From Octopus vulgaris (taxonomy: Eukaryota), in the NCBI GenBank assembly GCA_951406725.2, contig OX597823.1, forward strand, positions 16,492,001 to 16,556,000: 64,000 bases of DNA, read 5' to 3'. This document shows positions 1 through 12,641 of the stretch, in pieces. The position numbers and the translations under genes were made by a program. How positions within the stretch are numbered: the first letter of the stretch is position 1; each line of letters opens with the position of its first letter. Under the pieces are notes generated by a model. It ran no database searches and was not told the DNA's origin. It saw nothing but the letters and a program-made list of their open reading frames with translations.

Positions 1-35
1 ACCTATTAGATACATCAAATATAATAAATATATTA

Positions 36-666
36 AATCTTAGAGCGAGTTATAAACAGTAGCTGCAACACATCGTGACGTATATTTGCCATTTAAATAT
101 GGCTAACCCCTAATGGTGGATGCTACTGTAGTTTGTAGCCCCAGGAGGACACCTCCTCCAGCTGGCCATAGACACACTTTCTGTGCCCTATCAGTATTTG
201 CAAAGAGAAGCCATCCTTCCCGTCTTCAACTTATGATACACATGGACTCGAGTTTCTGGATATTGACCCGTCATCGGCGTGTGACAATCACAGTTGTCGA
301 TGAAAAGTAGGTTTCCTTTGCAAATACTTAACCCTTTTCCAGTATTGTACAGACACTGATATCGAAAAAGTGTAGACGAGCAATAATAAATCTTAGAGCG
401 AGTTATAAACAGTAGCTGCAACACATCGAACCTACTTTTCATCGACAACTGTGATTGTCACACGCCGATGACGGGTCAATATCCAGAAACTCGAGTCCGT
501 GTGTATCATAAGTTGAAGACGGGAAGGATGGCTTCCCTTTGCAAATACTGATAGGGCAAAGAAAGTGTGTCTATAGCCAGCTGGAGGAGGTGTCCTCCTG
601 GGGCTACAAACTACAGCAGCATCCACCCTTAGGGGTTAGCCATATTTAAATGGCAAATATACATCA
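36..666. repeat. ~238-bp inverted repeat (76-313 / 429-666) with a 40-bp direct repeat (36-75 / 389-428); Helitron-related sequence
   Basis: The arms are near-identical reverse complements, and ORFs 113..310+ and 432..626- give almost the same peptide. AATATGGCTAACC...TACTGTAG also occurs inside the Helitron at ~32525. Confidence 0.85.
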
Positions 667-898
667 TGGGCTTCTTTCAGTTTCTGCCTACTAACTCCAC
701 TCACATAGCTTTGGTCAGCCCAAGGCTAGAGTAGAAAACACTTTCCCAAGGTGCCACACAGTGGGACTGAACCTGGAACCATCTGGTTGGGCAGCAAGTT
801 CCTTATCACACAGTCACTCTTGCACCTATAAATTTAATATATTTAATGTATTTAAGGAATCTAATGTGTTTATCCACATAATTACTTCTCTCTCTCTC

Positions 899-938
<40 letters not shown>

Positions 939-1384
939 CATATACACACACACACACATACACACACGCACATACATGTATATATGTGTGTGAGGCAAAG
1001 TTGGCTTCGGTGGAATTTGAACTCCTAACATAAAGACGGATGAAGCATTTTACCTGGCATGCTCACAATCCTGCCAGCTTGCTGCCTCGTTATGTTCTAT
1101 TATTATTAAAATAAGGATGTACACCCAGTTGTAATTAACAAAAAGAAAAAAAAAGTTGTGAACTATGTTGATATGTTGTAAAGAGAAGAATTACCTGAAA
1201 TTTTAGGCTGAGCCCTTTACTAACGATATCAGTAATAAAGTTACACTGACAGTCTCACAAACTTGCCTTTAATATATTCACTCTAAACTAGTGTTAGAAT
1301 TATTACTAGTCTCCCTGAAATTTTGTGGTTATATTAGTGGTGACAGAGGAGGTTAAAGAGTCTGTTGTTTCAATGCTTTTAGAG

Positions 1385-1603
1385 CAGTGGTTTTCAACCA
1401 GGGTTCCACGGAACCTTAGGGTTCCGCCAGTACAGTCGAGGGGTTCCGCAAGAAGTTACAAAACTGCTAAAATCGACGGTAATTTTTAATTCTCCTGTGC
1501 AGATATGTGTGCATAAGACTATTAAATTATTGCACAGGGGTTCCTCGAGCCAGTGGAATGTTTCCTTGGGGTTCCACTCCAGCAAAAAGTTTGAAAAGCA
1601 CTG
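1385..1603. mobile_element. hAT-like MITE
   Basis: Termini CAGTGGTTTTCAA / TTGAAAAGCACTG, with a perfect 8-bp TSD TTTTAGAG (1377-1384, 1604-1611). Confidence 0.85.
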
Positions 1604-2000
1604 TTTTAGAGAGATCAGGAGAAGAAAGCAAGTGAACAAGAAACAAACAGAAAATATATTTGTGCTTACATCAGATGGTAATGTTCAGTTGTGATACAAG
1701 GCAGTCTTTGGTGGAATTAGACTAGGCAAGTTAAGGATAGTAAAAATTAAAGAACCTGCAAAAAAAAAAAATTAATGATAATAATAATAATAATAATAAT
1801 CCTTTCTACTGGAAGCAGAAGGCCTAAATTTTGGGGAAAGGATTAAATCGATTACATTGACCCTAGTGCATAACTGGTACTTATTTAATCGATCCTGAAA
1901 GGATGAAAGGCAAAGTTGACCTTGGCAGAATTTGAACTTAAAATGTAAAGACAGGCAAAATGCCACTAAGCAATTTGCTTGGTGTGCTAACAATTCTGCC

Positions 2001-2086
<86 letters not shown>
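2001..2086. repeat. (AAT)n microsatellite
   Basis: Pure AAT run; source of the poly-L and poly-N pseudo-ORFs. Confidence 0.95.
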
Positions 2087-2087
<1 letters not shown>

Positions 2088-2739
2088 TTTTTCCCACTAC
2101 AGGCACAAGGTCTGAAATTTTGAGGAAAGGAGCTAATCAATTACATCAACCCCACTGCTTAAATTATTGTACTTAATTTATTGACCCCGAAAGAAGGAAA
2201 GGTAGCATCAACCTCAGTTGAATTTGAACTCAAAATGTAAAGACAGACAAAATATTGCTAAGTATTTTGTTTGTCTTTGACTAATATTTTATTGGCTCCC
2301 CAAACAAAATAAGTTAAAGGTGTTCTTGGCAGGATTTGAACTCAGAATATAAAGAGCCAGAACAACTATCATAAGGCATTTTTCTCTAACATTCTAATGT
2401 TGCTGCTAATCCACCCGACTAGTTAATGATAATGATAATGATAATAATAATAACCTTTTGTTTATTGACCAAAAATGCCCATACATAAAATAAAAACATC
2501 ACTTAAAAGGGATTACAAAACATGTGAGTTTATAAATGTATGGTTGTAATAAACCAATGGTAACTTTCTGATCAGTTATATACCATAACCAACTATATAT
2601 TACTCAAATACTTAAAAATATAATTGCTCAAAATTTCTATTAGTGTGTCCTTTATATATATATATATAATATTATTCTTTCTTACTAAATATATAGAACT
2701 GCTTAAGAAGTGCTAGGGTCGAACCTGGGACAAAAGATA

Positions 2740-3395
2740 AGAATTAAAATATAAACTCAAATTAGTCAATCAACTTGTTATACATACACATACAGTTATA
2801 AACTTGACTTAAAATGCATATATATATATATATATATATATAAATACATATTGACACATATGAATATTTTTAAAAATATAAATACATATTGACATATATG
2901 AATATAGATAAAAATACAAGTAAATAGAGTCCTAAAATTGTCAAGAATGTGATTTTATGAGGATACCTTTCCTGGTGAAGGGGACAATGTCTGCATGGTT
3001 TGTAAGATTTCTATTAATTTTTCTACAAGGACATGAACTCTGGAAATGGCCGTAGAGAGTGGATTTCCTCAAATTGTATTATAAACTATTTATATATATA
3101 TTTTAAAAAAAAGATTCAATTTTATGGATCTTTTAATTGAAACTCTTAATCGCTCTTAATTTTAGTATGAAAAATATTTTTATCAGTTCTCTTTCTCACA
3201 CTTTTTTTTTCCATATATATCCCACATGGACACTACATGTATTTTTAACTATATTTATATATATTTATATTCTTTAAAATATTCATATATGTTGATATGT
3301 ATTAATATATATATTTATATATATGCATTTTAAGTTGAATTTATAACTATGAGTATGTATAAAAAGTTAATTGCCTAATTTGAGGTGATATTTTA

Positions 3396-3400
<5 letters not shown>
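2740..3400. repeat. degenerate inverted repeat (~2740-2885 / ~3250-3400)
   Basis: AGAATTAAAAT...TTAAAATGCATATA is mirrored by TATATGCATTTTAAG...ATTTTAATTCT. Confidence 0.65.

Positions 3401-3477
<77 letters not shown>
3400..3477. repeat. (AT)n microsatellite (one of many)
   Basis: Pure AT run. Similar runs at ~905, 5210, 6275, 13220, 15890, 16680, 19555, 30530, 34895. Confidence 0.95.
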
Positions 3478-3481
<4 letters not shown>

Positions 3482-3539
3482 GGAAAATAGGACAAGATAG
3501 AAAATGCTAAAATAATTTTTATCATGAACAACATTTTAA

Positions 3540-5035
3540 TACTGGCTTCAGTCTTTGCAACTTTTTCAACTTAGAGTAATGCATGAAAAATAATTAAATT
3601 GTAGAAAAATTGAATGAAATGTTTTTTTAAATATTTCCATAGTCTTCAAATAGATAGGACATTTTCCGCTTTTCTGTCTCTCTTTTACTTTTGTGAAGGC
3701 TCAGTAGGTAGGTAGGTTGTAACAGATCTGAAGAAATATTTAATATGAGAGATGTGGGTTCTTGGTTTTGATTGTTTAAGCAGCAGTAGCAGAGGAGAAG
3801 AAAAGGAGGAGGAAGAAGAAGACGAATTAAAATATAAGAAAAAACAGGAGTTGTATGACAGTAGTAGGTTGTGGATGGAGTCCTTTTTAATGGTCAAGTG
3901 ACCTAAAAGTGACCTGTTGTAGTGATTGGAATTGTTCTGAATAAATTCATTGGTAGTGACTGTTCTGAATATATCATTTTAAATATTTGTGTGGGTATTA
4001 TTCTAAGGCCCTTGAAGTAGTGTCATTTGTGATGGAAGCATTCAAAAGGGGTTATATTTTGCGATAAAACATAACTCCTTGCTAATGCACTGATTATAGG
4101 TTGCATCATCCCTGAATTTACAGGAGGAAAAAATTCTGAAGTTGGGTTGTTCATTACTGGCGCAAATGTCGATGTGTCCACTGAATGCTATTTTTCTGAA
4201 TACCCGAATTTTAATCTGGGATCTATGTAGGGTCTTCCTTTGGTGTGGACTATTTTTGGTTTGGCTTATGTATTGATTTCTACATCTTGAGCAAGTTAAT
4301 ACATATATTAGGTTTGCTGAAGCACACGTGAAGTTGTTTTTCATTGTAAAACACTGACCTTGTTTGAAGGAGAACTCCGATCCCTAAATTAGGTTGATTC
4401 ATATACCACAGTTAGGTCTTCTGCATTTTTTTACTGATAGCTTCAGTGTTGTCGCCGAGTGTATCTAGGCTTGTGTTAAGAGACTTTTCATAGACTTGGG
4501 TTGTCTTTTACTCTTTACAATGGTGTGCATTTGGAGGATTAAATTCATTATGTGGTCCCTTTTTAGTAGAGGAATGTTCTGGAGGATGGCATCGAAGGCT
4601 TCATTGTTAAAGGGGTTGTGTGTGGATATGTATGGTAGGGCTTTTGCTTGTAAATCCTTCTCTTATTTGGGATGACTGGGTTTGCGGATGTTGAGTTGCA
4701 AGCCTATATCAATTAGTGATGATGGGTAGTTCCTGGTGATGAGTGTATCCTTTAGTTCATGTAGTCATGTGTCCCTGGTGTTTGTATTAGAAACTATAGT
4801 ACAACTCCTTTTTGCCAAGTTGAAGGGGATATTCATTCTAGTGTGTCTGGGATGGCATGAACTGAACAGTAAATATTGCTTGGAGTCTGTGACCTTTTTG
4901 TATATATCTGTTTCTATTTTGTTGTTGGATTTCTTAATGTGGATGTTGGGGAATGGAAGTTGTCGATGGCTATATTCTATTGTAAATTGAATGTTTATGT
5001 CAAGTCCATTTATAAGTGCTTGAAATTATTTAAGT
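3540..5035 (-). pseudogene. decayed Penelope-like element (RT C-terminus plus GIY-YIG endonuclease and 3' region)
   Basis: ORF 4042..4344 FTCASANLIYVLTCSRCRNQYISQT...H has the GIY-YIG pattern with CxxC. Upstream minus-strand frame reads NIQFTIE..LPF...TDIYKKVTDSKQYLLFSSCHPRH..NIPF, typical of the PLE RT thumb. Stops and frameshifts are present. Confidence 0.85.
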
Positions 5036-5188
5036 TTCTCTATACTTTCATGCCAAAAAAACATTTCATTTCATTTTTCCACAATTTAATTGTTTTTCAT
5101 GCTATACTCTAAGTTATTATTTCAGTATTTTCTACCTTGTCCTATATTCCTTATACATATCAACTTGTGTGTTACTTTTCAACCTTCT

Positions 5189-5242
<54 letters not shown>

Positions 5243-5248
5243 ATGATG

Positions 5249-5293
<45 letters not shown>

Positions 5294-5360
5294 AGACCCC
5301 AGTTGAACCATCCAACCCATGCTAGCATGGAAAACGGATGCTAAATGATGATGATGATGA

Positions 5361-5405
<45 letters not shown>

Positions 5406-6270
5406 ATGCTGGAAGTCATTTCATCCTCTTGTTTTGCTTTTTGTCTGAGCTAGCTTTGTTTTTTATGCCCCCACTTTTTTCTTACTAGTTTTTCACTCTT
5501 GAAATACAATATAATAAGTGTAATGATAATAATTTCTTTTTATCACCACAAGAGTAACAGATGTGGAACATTACAAGGACAAAATACAAAAATTGCATGA
5601 GAGTCTACTTTGTGTTTGATAGGAGAAAATTATCATAATATGCAAATGTGAATGAATGTACATTCTAAGAAGTAAGTCACAATTTCACGTCTAAGCAGTT
5701 GAAATTTTGCATAGAAGCACATTGTTTCAAGAAGGTCATAGGCTATGGATTTTTCTGGTACTTTCTGAAAAGGGAAATTTAAAACTAAGAATATCATTTT
5801 CTTATATACGATATCTTTAATGGAGAGAAAAAAAAGTTATGCCTTTTAAATCTTCTTTAAATACCTCTATTAACATTTAAAGTCAGTCACTGATTTGGAT
5901 TCTCTTATTTGTCATTCCTGAGTTTGGCTAGCATTGAATCTGGGAGATGTCTGGATATAGTACCAAACAAAATATGTTAGAAACACATCTAAAATGGGGG
6001 GAAAATACTAATATATAACATGAATGAAGCCAAACATTTTACTTTTTGTACTTACTACATGAATCACCACTGAAATCTGTAACATCTACACCCCTACACA
6101 CATATGTTTATACATTAACATTAAACATTATTTATACAGCTGAGTGTACTGTATACACCTAGATGAAAACAGATAATCATAAATGGGTTATTCTTTTTCA
6201 CCAATGAAGTCACATGAAATACAATTTCAATTTTTATATTACTGCTCGATATTTTTTCTTATACATGTGC

Positions 6271-6330
<60 letters not shown>

Positions 6331-7204
6331 AGCCTGGTGCAGTCACCCCTCCACTGTGCTCAGCTTGGCACCTCTGGTCACATTATCCAACCCATGCCAG
6401 CATGGACAATGGTTGTTAAATAATGATGATGATGATAATGATGATGATGATACACAGACACACACACACATATACAGAGAGAGAGAGAGAGAGAGATGAG
6501 TGTGTGATATCTTTCTATTACTTGTGCCACTTATATACTGATGAATGGCATATGAGCTACCTATATTCAAGAATTCCTACCATAATTCTCATCACTCTAC
6601 CTCTCTTGCTCATCGTCATGATGTCCATCTATAAGAAACTGTTTTGGGCCTGCTTCTGTAGATTCATTGCCATCCATTACTTACTCTTGCCTCTGTCCTC
6701 CTATACTACTACTCATCACTCTCTCTACTCTCTTCACTCTGACTTTCTCTTTCTGCTATCATTCTCTTGCTTCCTTCACTCACCCATTCAAGTTTTGCTT
6801 CTACTATCACTCTCTATCTCACTCCTACTTGGTTGCAGTACAATGAGTGAACACACTCTTCTTGAAGTAGTGAGTATTCGTTATGTTTAAAATATGCAAG
6901 GCAACACTGTTTGCTGATGCCGTAACAAAATATATCGAGTACATTTCTGTAAAGTGGTTGGTGATCAGAAGGACATCGAGTCATAGAAACCAAGCCAAAA
7001 ATAGTGTGTGTATGTGTGTGTGTATGCATATATATATATATATATATATGCATATATATATATACATACATGACTGGGCCTGATGAAGCCTTCTGGCTTC
7101 ACAGACCCCAGTAGAACCGTCCAACCCATGCTAGCATGGAAAACGGACGCTAAACGATGATGATGATGATGATGATGATGATATATATATGCATATATAT
7201 ATCA

Positions 7205-7673
7205 TCTGTGCTAGCGGGACACATCCATGCTAGGTGTGAGCTAAGAGCACCATCTGAGCATGATCGTTGCCAGAGCAACTAACTGGCTTCCATGCTGGTG
7301 GCACATAAGGCATCGTTTGAGTGTGATCATTACCAGCGTCGCCTTACTGGCACTTGTGCCGGTGCTACGTGAAAAGATATTTGAGCGAGGTCATTGCTAG
7401 TGCCGCTGGACTGGCTCTTGTGAAAGTGGCATGTAAAAAACACCATTTGAGCGTGGCTGTTGCCAGTACCGCCTAACTGGCCCTCGTGCCGGTGGCACAT
7501 AAAAGCACCCACTATACTCTCAGAGTTGTTGGTGTTAGGAAGGGCATCCAGCTGTAGAAACACTGCTAGATCTGACTGGCCTGGTGCAGCCTTCAGGCTT
7601 CCCAGACCCCAGTTGAACCGTCCAACCCATGCTAGCATGGAAAGCGGACGTTAAACGATGATAATGATGATGA
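7205..7673 (+). mobile_element. SINE/RTE-tail family D with (GAT)n tail
   Basis: AAAAGCACCCACTA...AGGAAGGGCATCCAGC...CCCATGCTAGCATGGAAAGCGGACG, then a GAT-repeat tail. Short tail fragments also at ~5292, ~6345, ~7072. Confidence 0.8.
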
Positions 7674-7773
7674 TAGGTCATACAAAATGTATAAACAGAT
7701 GATGAGTTTAGGTTAACTGTTGTTATCCATAGATTTATTCCAGGAACTTTTCAGTGGCAGTTTGAGTAACAGC

Positions 7774-8009
7774 ATTAATAAAATAGAAGATGGAATGTGT
7801 ATTAGATGTTATTAAGTACAACACATGTTTCGACCCGTCGTTCTGGGTCTCTTCGTGTTTGATGGACAAATAACAGTAAGCAAACCAACACAAGAAATCT
7901 CTAGTGTGACTTTTTTATTGATGTAACCGAAGAGACCCAAAACAATGGGTTGAAACATGTGTTGTACTTAATAAAGTCTAATACACATTCCATCTCCAAT
8001 TTTATTAAT
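7774..8009. mobile_element. inverted pair of Penelope-type terminal repeats with hammerhead-like motif
   Basis: Arms 7774-7855 and 7928-8009 are reverse complements. Each has (A/C)CGAAGA-GACCC-N8-GGGT(C/T)-GAAA-CATG. Confidence 0.6.
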
Positions 8010-8283
8010 ACTATATATATATATATATAAATATATATATATAACTAATGTAGGATAAAATTTTTTTCGGGAAAAAAAATTTTATCAATGGCCAGCATAT
8101 CAAAAAATACCTTTAAAGGTTAAATTTATAAATAATTTACAAGATAAGGGCAAAAGAAAAATTCTAATGCCAAATACGCCGAAACCAAAAATTGCCGATA
8201 ACCATTATAATTTATGCGTCTCAAAACAAACCGATAGAAATCTCTAAAAAATTTGTTATTACCGTATTGGTCCAATTTCGGGG

Positions 8284-8315
<32 letters not shown>

Positions 8316-8319
8316 TAGC

Positions 8320-8745
8320 GGTGGCTTTAGCTTGTATCTGAGAATTCATTTTCTTCTTTGCTGGATGCTTTCTTTATGGTGATGTCATTGATGACTCTGT
8401 AGGCCAATTCTTGTATAGAAGCATCAATGGCATTGACTGCATGGCAATGTTGGTGGAGGACGAAGTTGATTTTGTCAAGTCTTTTTCACCTGGCATTTGA
8501 TTTCTTCCTTTGCTCTTCTGGTGGCTTTGAAGTTTTTGGTTCCAATGGTGATGGGACACCACCACTTGTTACGATCTTGGGCTTGTGTCTCAAACAATTT
8601 AAGCTCAATTCCAGTGGCTTCCAGTGTTGCTTTGATTTGGTCCTTGTATCTTCAAAGAGGGCAACCCTGTGGTTTTCTTCCTGAAGTGAGCTTACTGAAT
8701 AAGACTTGGCATGGGAACCTTGACTCTTCCATTCTTGCTACATGT
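8320..8745 (-). pseudogene. RTE-like LINE 3' fragment
   Basis: Minus-strand frame reads VGHVARMEESRFPCQVLFSKLTSGRKPQGCPL*RYKDQIKATL, the RTE post-RT region; poly-GAT-like context. Confidence 0.7.
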
Positions 8746-8948
8746 CCTACATACATGTGCATGTGTAAGTATGTATCTATTTGAAAATATGATTGACACA
8801 AAAATAGTATTGTGTTGGACAAAATACAGAACGGCGTTTAGTTTTCTTGTCCTTTAGATTTTGAATTCAAATCCCACAGGAATCAACACTACCTTTCATT
8901 CTTTCAGGATCAATAATGAAGTAAATACCAGTCATGCACTGGTGTTTG

Positions 8949-8954
8949 TTTATT
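8949..8954 (-). promoter_or_regulatory. candidate polyadenylation signal of the GT7 gene
   Basis: AATAAA on the minus strand ~230 nt past the stop codon. AT-rich context makes a chance match likely. Confidence 0.25.
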
Positions 8955-9185
8955 CAACTATCACCTAATCCATCCCACCCATCATGATAATGAAAAAAAT
9001 CACTATATTATGACTCAAGAGTCATAATATAGTAACACAACCCTATCATACAGAGACTCTCACTTTTGCTATGAAACTGATGTCTAGACCTGCAGATGAT
9101 ATCTTGCACAGTAACTGACTCTGCAGCATATTCACATTTAGATATTTTGCAAATTAATATCTAATGATATCATAATTTGCGACTT

Positions 9186-9462
9186 TTAAGCAGAGGAAAA
9201 GACGACTTTATTAACCCTGAATGGTAAATTAAAAGATGAAAACCCTTGTCCAGGTTCTAAAGGTTTTAATACATACCACCAAAGACTCTCCTGAACTGGG
9301 TTGGTTGGCTGCTTCTTGGGAACTGTGCTTGTACCAATATTAACCGTGATGTTGGTATAGAGTGGTCTATTATCCCTAGCCACAACTGTATAATTCATTC
9401 CTTCATGGTCATTCAGGCCATCAGCTGACCACCGACTCCGCCAACTTAAGAATAGTTCGTTT
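9186..9462 (-). CDS. GT7 gene last coding exon
   Basis: TTGCAG|A (G)NELFLSWRSRWSADGLNDHEGMNYTVVARDNRPLYTNITVNIG...FSSA*. Carries the DGLN and PLYTNITVxIG terminal motifs. The six exons sum to 1110 nt, i.e. 369 aa plus stop. Confidence 0.9.
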
Positions 9463-9944
9463 CTGCAAGAATAAACCTAGAGTTAGTTTTCACTTGATGA
9501 CATTGATAGTCAGGTATCTGTGTGTATGCATGCTTGCACTCATACACATAAGTATATAAACACACATACACTAACAGCAAGGCTGCCTCTATGAAGTTGC
9601 TTGACCATTTCTAAACAGCAGCCAAATCTCTTTTAAGTCAATACCCACAATCTTTAAAAAAAAAAAAAGGACATATTAAATAATTAGGTTAGTTCTAGAT
9701 ACCCCAACTGGACATACCCGACATTCATGGCTGTAATGATTTTGATCATAAGTATGCTTGTTCAGAATTAGTTTAGGGCAAAACAATAACACACCCTGAC
9801 AAACAGATATACATTAATATGCATGCAAGAATACATACATGTTACATGAAAACTCCAAATTCCCACAGAAACACATAACATGCATTAAAGATTGCATGCA
9901 CACACACACACAAACTTGCATATGAGAGTACATATATTTTTTTT

Positions 9945-10197
9945 CTTTTTTACTTGTTTTAGTTATTAGACTGTGGCCATGCTGGGGCATCACCTCGAAG
10001 AACCTTTAGTTGAATGACTTGGCTTCAGCACTTATTTTCTTTTTAAGCCTAGTATTTATTCCATCAGCCTCTTTTGCCAAACTGCTAAGTTATAGGGATG
10101 TAAACAGACTGACATCAGTTGCCAAGCAGTGTTCGAGGAGAAACACATACAAACATGCACACACACAAGCATGCATACACACACTTGCATACACACA

Positions 10198-10251
<54 letters not shown>

Positions 10252-10403
10252 ACAGGCTTCTTTCAGCTTCCATCTACCAAATCCATTCACAAGGCTTTGG
10301 TCAGCCTGAGGTTATAGTAGAAGACACTTGCCCAAGGTAGGACTGATCCTAGAACCATGTGATTGGGAAGCAAGCTTCTTACCACACAGCCATGCCTGTG
10401 CCT
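9945..10403 (-). mobile_element. tRNA-derived SINE family A (diverged copy)
   Basis: Reverse-complement match to the copy at 17104, with an internal CA microsatellite. Confidence 0.8.
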
Positions 10404-10973
10404 ATACATGTAGAATTTTAGAATTTAAAAGTATGTCTACGTTTTGGCAATGAGAAAAAATGCTGAACTGCAATGGGGAAAAATGTTAAGCTTGGTATTA
10501 TAGAACATATGTTAGTTCTAAAAGATAACGGTTTCTTCATAAAATGCCAAACTTCCTTGTGAAAAAAATTTTTTATCAATTTGTTTTATATCATGTCTTT
10601 TGGGAAGAATAGTGTCATTGGTTAAAAATTTCCAATGAGCCAGTCACAAGTTCACAGAAATTTTTAGGTGAAAATGACAAAGAAGGCTGTGAAACACCAA
10701 CAGAATAAATATCACAACATAATAATTTTGTTTGAAAGCACCAGTTTATCTGTTTCCTTGCTGTTGCTGTGTATGTGTGTGTGTGTGCATGCATGTGTGC
10801 ATACACATGCATGTATATGTGTGCATGTGCATGTATGTGTGTGCATGTGTATGCACGTGTGTGTATGCACATGCATGTGCGTACATGCACGTGCATGTGT
10901 GTTGCATGCATATGCATGTGTGTGTATGTGCATGCATGTGTGTGTGTGTGTGCATAAATATTTCAGCATTTAC

Positions 10974-11069
10974 CCATGTTCTGCTCGACTGTCTTTCACA
11001 TGCCGAACCATTTTATATCTGCCAATGTATTCCGGTGGCCTTGTTAGTAGTAATCCAGCACTCTTTGTC
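10974..11069 (-). CDS. GT7 gene coding exon 5
   Basis: CTCTAG|G (R)TKSAGLLLTRPPEYIGRYKMVRHVKDSRAEH GG|GTAAAT. Carries the RP...GRYKMxxH metal-binding loop. Not in the ORF track (<60 aa). Confidence 0.92.
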
Positions 11070-11477
11070 CTAGAGTAAAAAAAAGCACAAAAGGTGAAAG
11101 CAAAATCATTAATCAGATTCATTTTGAAATACAGTGTTTACCCTTAGAGTGTGTGCATGTGTGTGTGTGAAACTGATAGCTGAGTGGGAAAATCATAGGC
11201 CCCTAGATCACTAGATCTACTGAAATAAACCCTAAATATTTTTCTCTTCTCATCTCTTTGGTACTAGTATATTTTGTGAGACAATAAGACTATACCTGGG
11301 AAGCCTTGCTGCAGACTGTGGCAGAAGAGAGTTTCATCTCCAGGGATACAGGCCAGGCAAGTTTTTACAGAACCACCAGCAATTACCAATGCAGCAGGTC
11401 TCCTCTCTCCATCCCGCTTATGTTGTCCAAGCAAAGGGTAAGGGATAATACATCTTAGCACTAGTGCTTTTGGTGAT

Positions 11478-11790
11478 ATCATCATCATCGTTTAGCATCC
11501 GCTTTCCATGGGTTGGACGGTTCAACTGGGGTTCTGGGAAGCCAGAAGGCTGCACCAGTCCCAGTTTGATCTGGCAATGTTTCTACGGCTGGATGCCCTT
11601 CCTAACGCCAACCACTCCTTGAGTGTAGTGGGTGCTTTTTACGTACCACCGGCACAGGTGCCAGGTGAGGCTGGCAAACGACCACGATCGGATGGTGCTT
11701 TTTACGTGCCACCGGCATGGAGGCCAGGCAAGGCTGGCAACAGCCACGAATGGATGGTGCTTTTTACATGCCACCGGCACGGGGGCCGGA
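11478..11790 (-). mobile_element. SINE/RTE-tail family D
   Basis: CATCAT tail followed by the reverse complement of the family D body, with about three internal AAAAGCACC units. Confidence 0.8.
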
Positions 11791-12518
11791 TAAATATAGA
11801 GTGCAGCTGGTGAAATATTAGATGTGACTGATACAGCACCAGTCAGGATTCAGAATGGTAAGGAAAGACTGTATCACATGCAGACTTAATCTGTCATGTA
11901 ATTTAGTAGCACCACCTGGCCCACAGATGTCTTTAGCAGAGTCTACTTTCTTGCAAGCTTTTTAACCAAGTCTCTGGTCAGAAGATAATGTCCTTCCTTC
12001 ATCTTATCGGTTTCAGAATGATTCTGAATGCTAGCCTTCCACCTCTGATTAAGCCATTAAGAAATAAAGGTAAAAGACATGGGAGCTTCTACATGTTTTC
12101 CTGACTTGCTAGAATTAGTAGTCAAATCTTATTCTCTCTTGACTGTATTATATATAAAAAAGGAAGCAAACTCTCAATAATGCAGTCCAAGATATCCTTA
12201 AAAAGAATGGAATGGTCATGGTAGGAGTGCATTTGGTTGTGTGCCGGATCAGTGATGACCAAAGACTAAATAACAGTTATACCAAGATAAAAAAGTAAAC
12301 CAACAAGAAAAACTGCAAATGTTTGCTAATTTGCAACAAATAGCAATTTGTAACAAATTAGCAAACAGTTTCTTCGTTTAGAAAAAAATAAAGGACACAT
12401 TGAGTAATGTGAATAGTGTAATCCTAGATACAATATATCTTGAATAGCTTTGAGCATAATTTTACTTGACCTGAAATGACCTGAAATTAAAGAACAACAA
12501 GAACAGTAAAAGACTCAC

Positions 12519-12641
12519 CGTGCTGAGAGGTCATCATCTTCATTTCCCCAGCCCCAGTAGAAGTTGGAATAACCATTGATCTTCTTTACATTTTCCCTGT
12601 TGATAGCAATGACACCTCCAGCATAGTTGTAGAACATCACA
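12519..12641 (-). CDS. GT7 gene coding exon 4
   Basis: TTCCAG|T (H)VMFYNYAGGVIAINRENVKKINGYSNFYWGWGNEDDDLSA CG|GTGAGT. Carries the WGWGxEDDD catalytic motif. Confidence 0.95.

Noticed and set aside
113-626. duplicated 65-aa protein gene
   Set aside because: The two ORFs are the arms of an inverted repeat; there is no domain or splice support.
1772-2140. poly-Leu/poly-Asn ORFs, and likewise the YIYI, HTHT, CVCV, poly-V and poly-I ORFs throughout
   Set aside because: These are translations of microsatellites.
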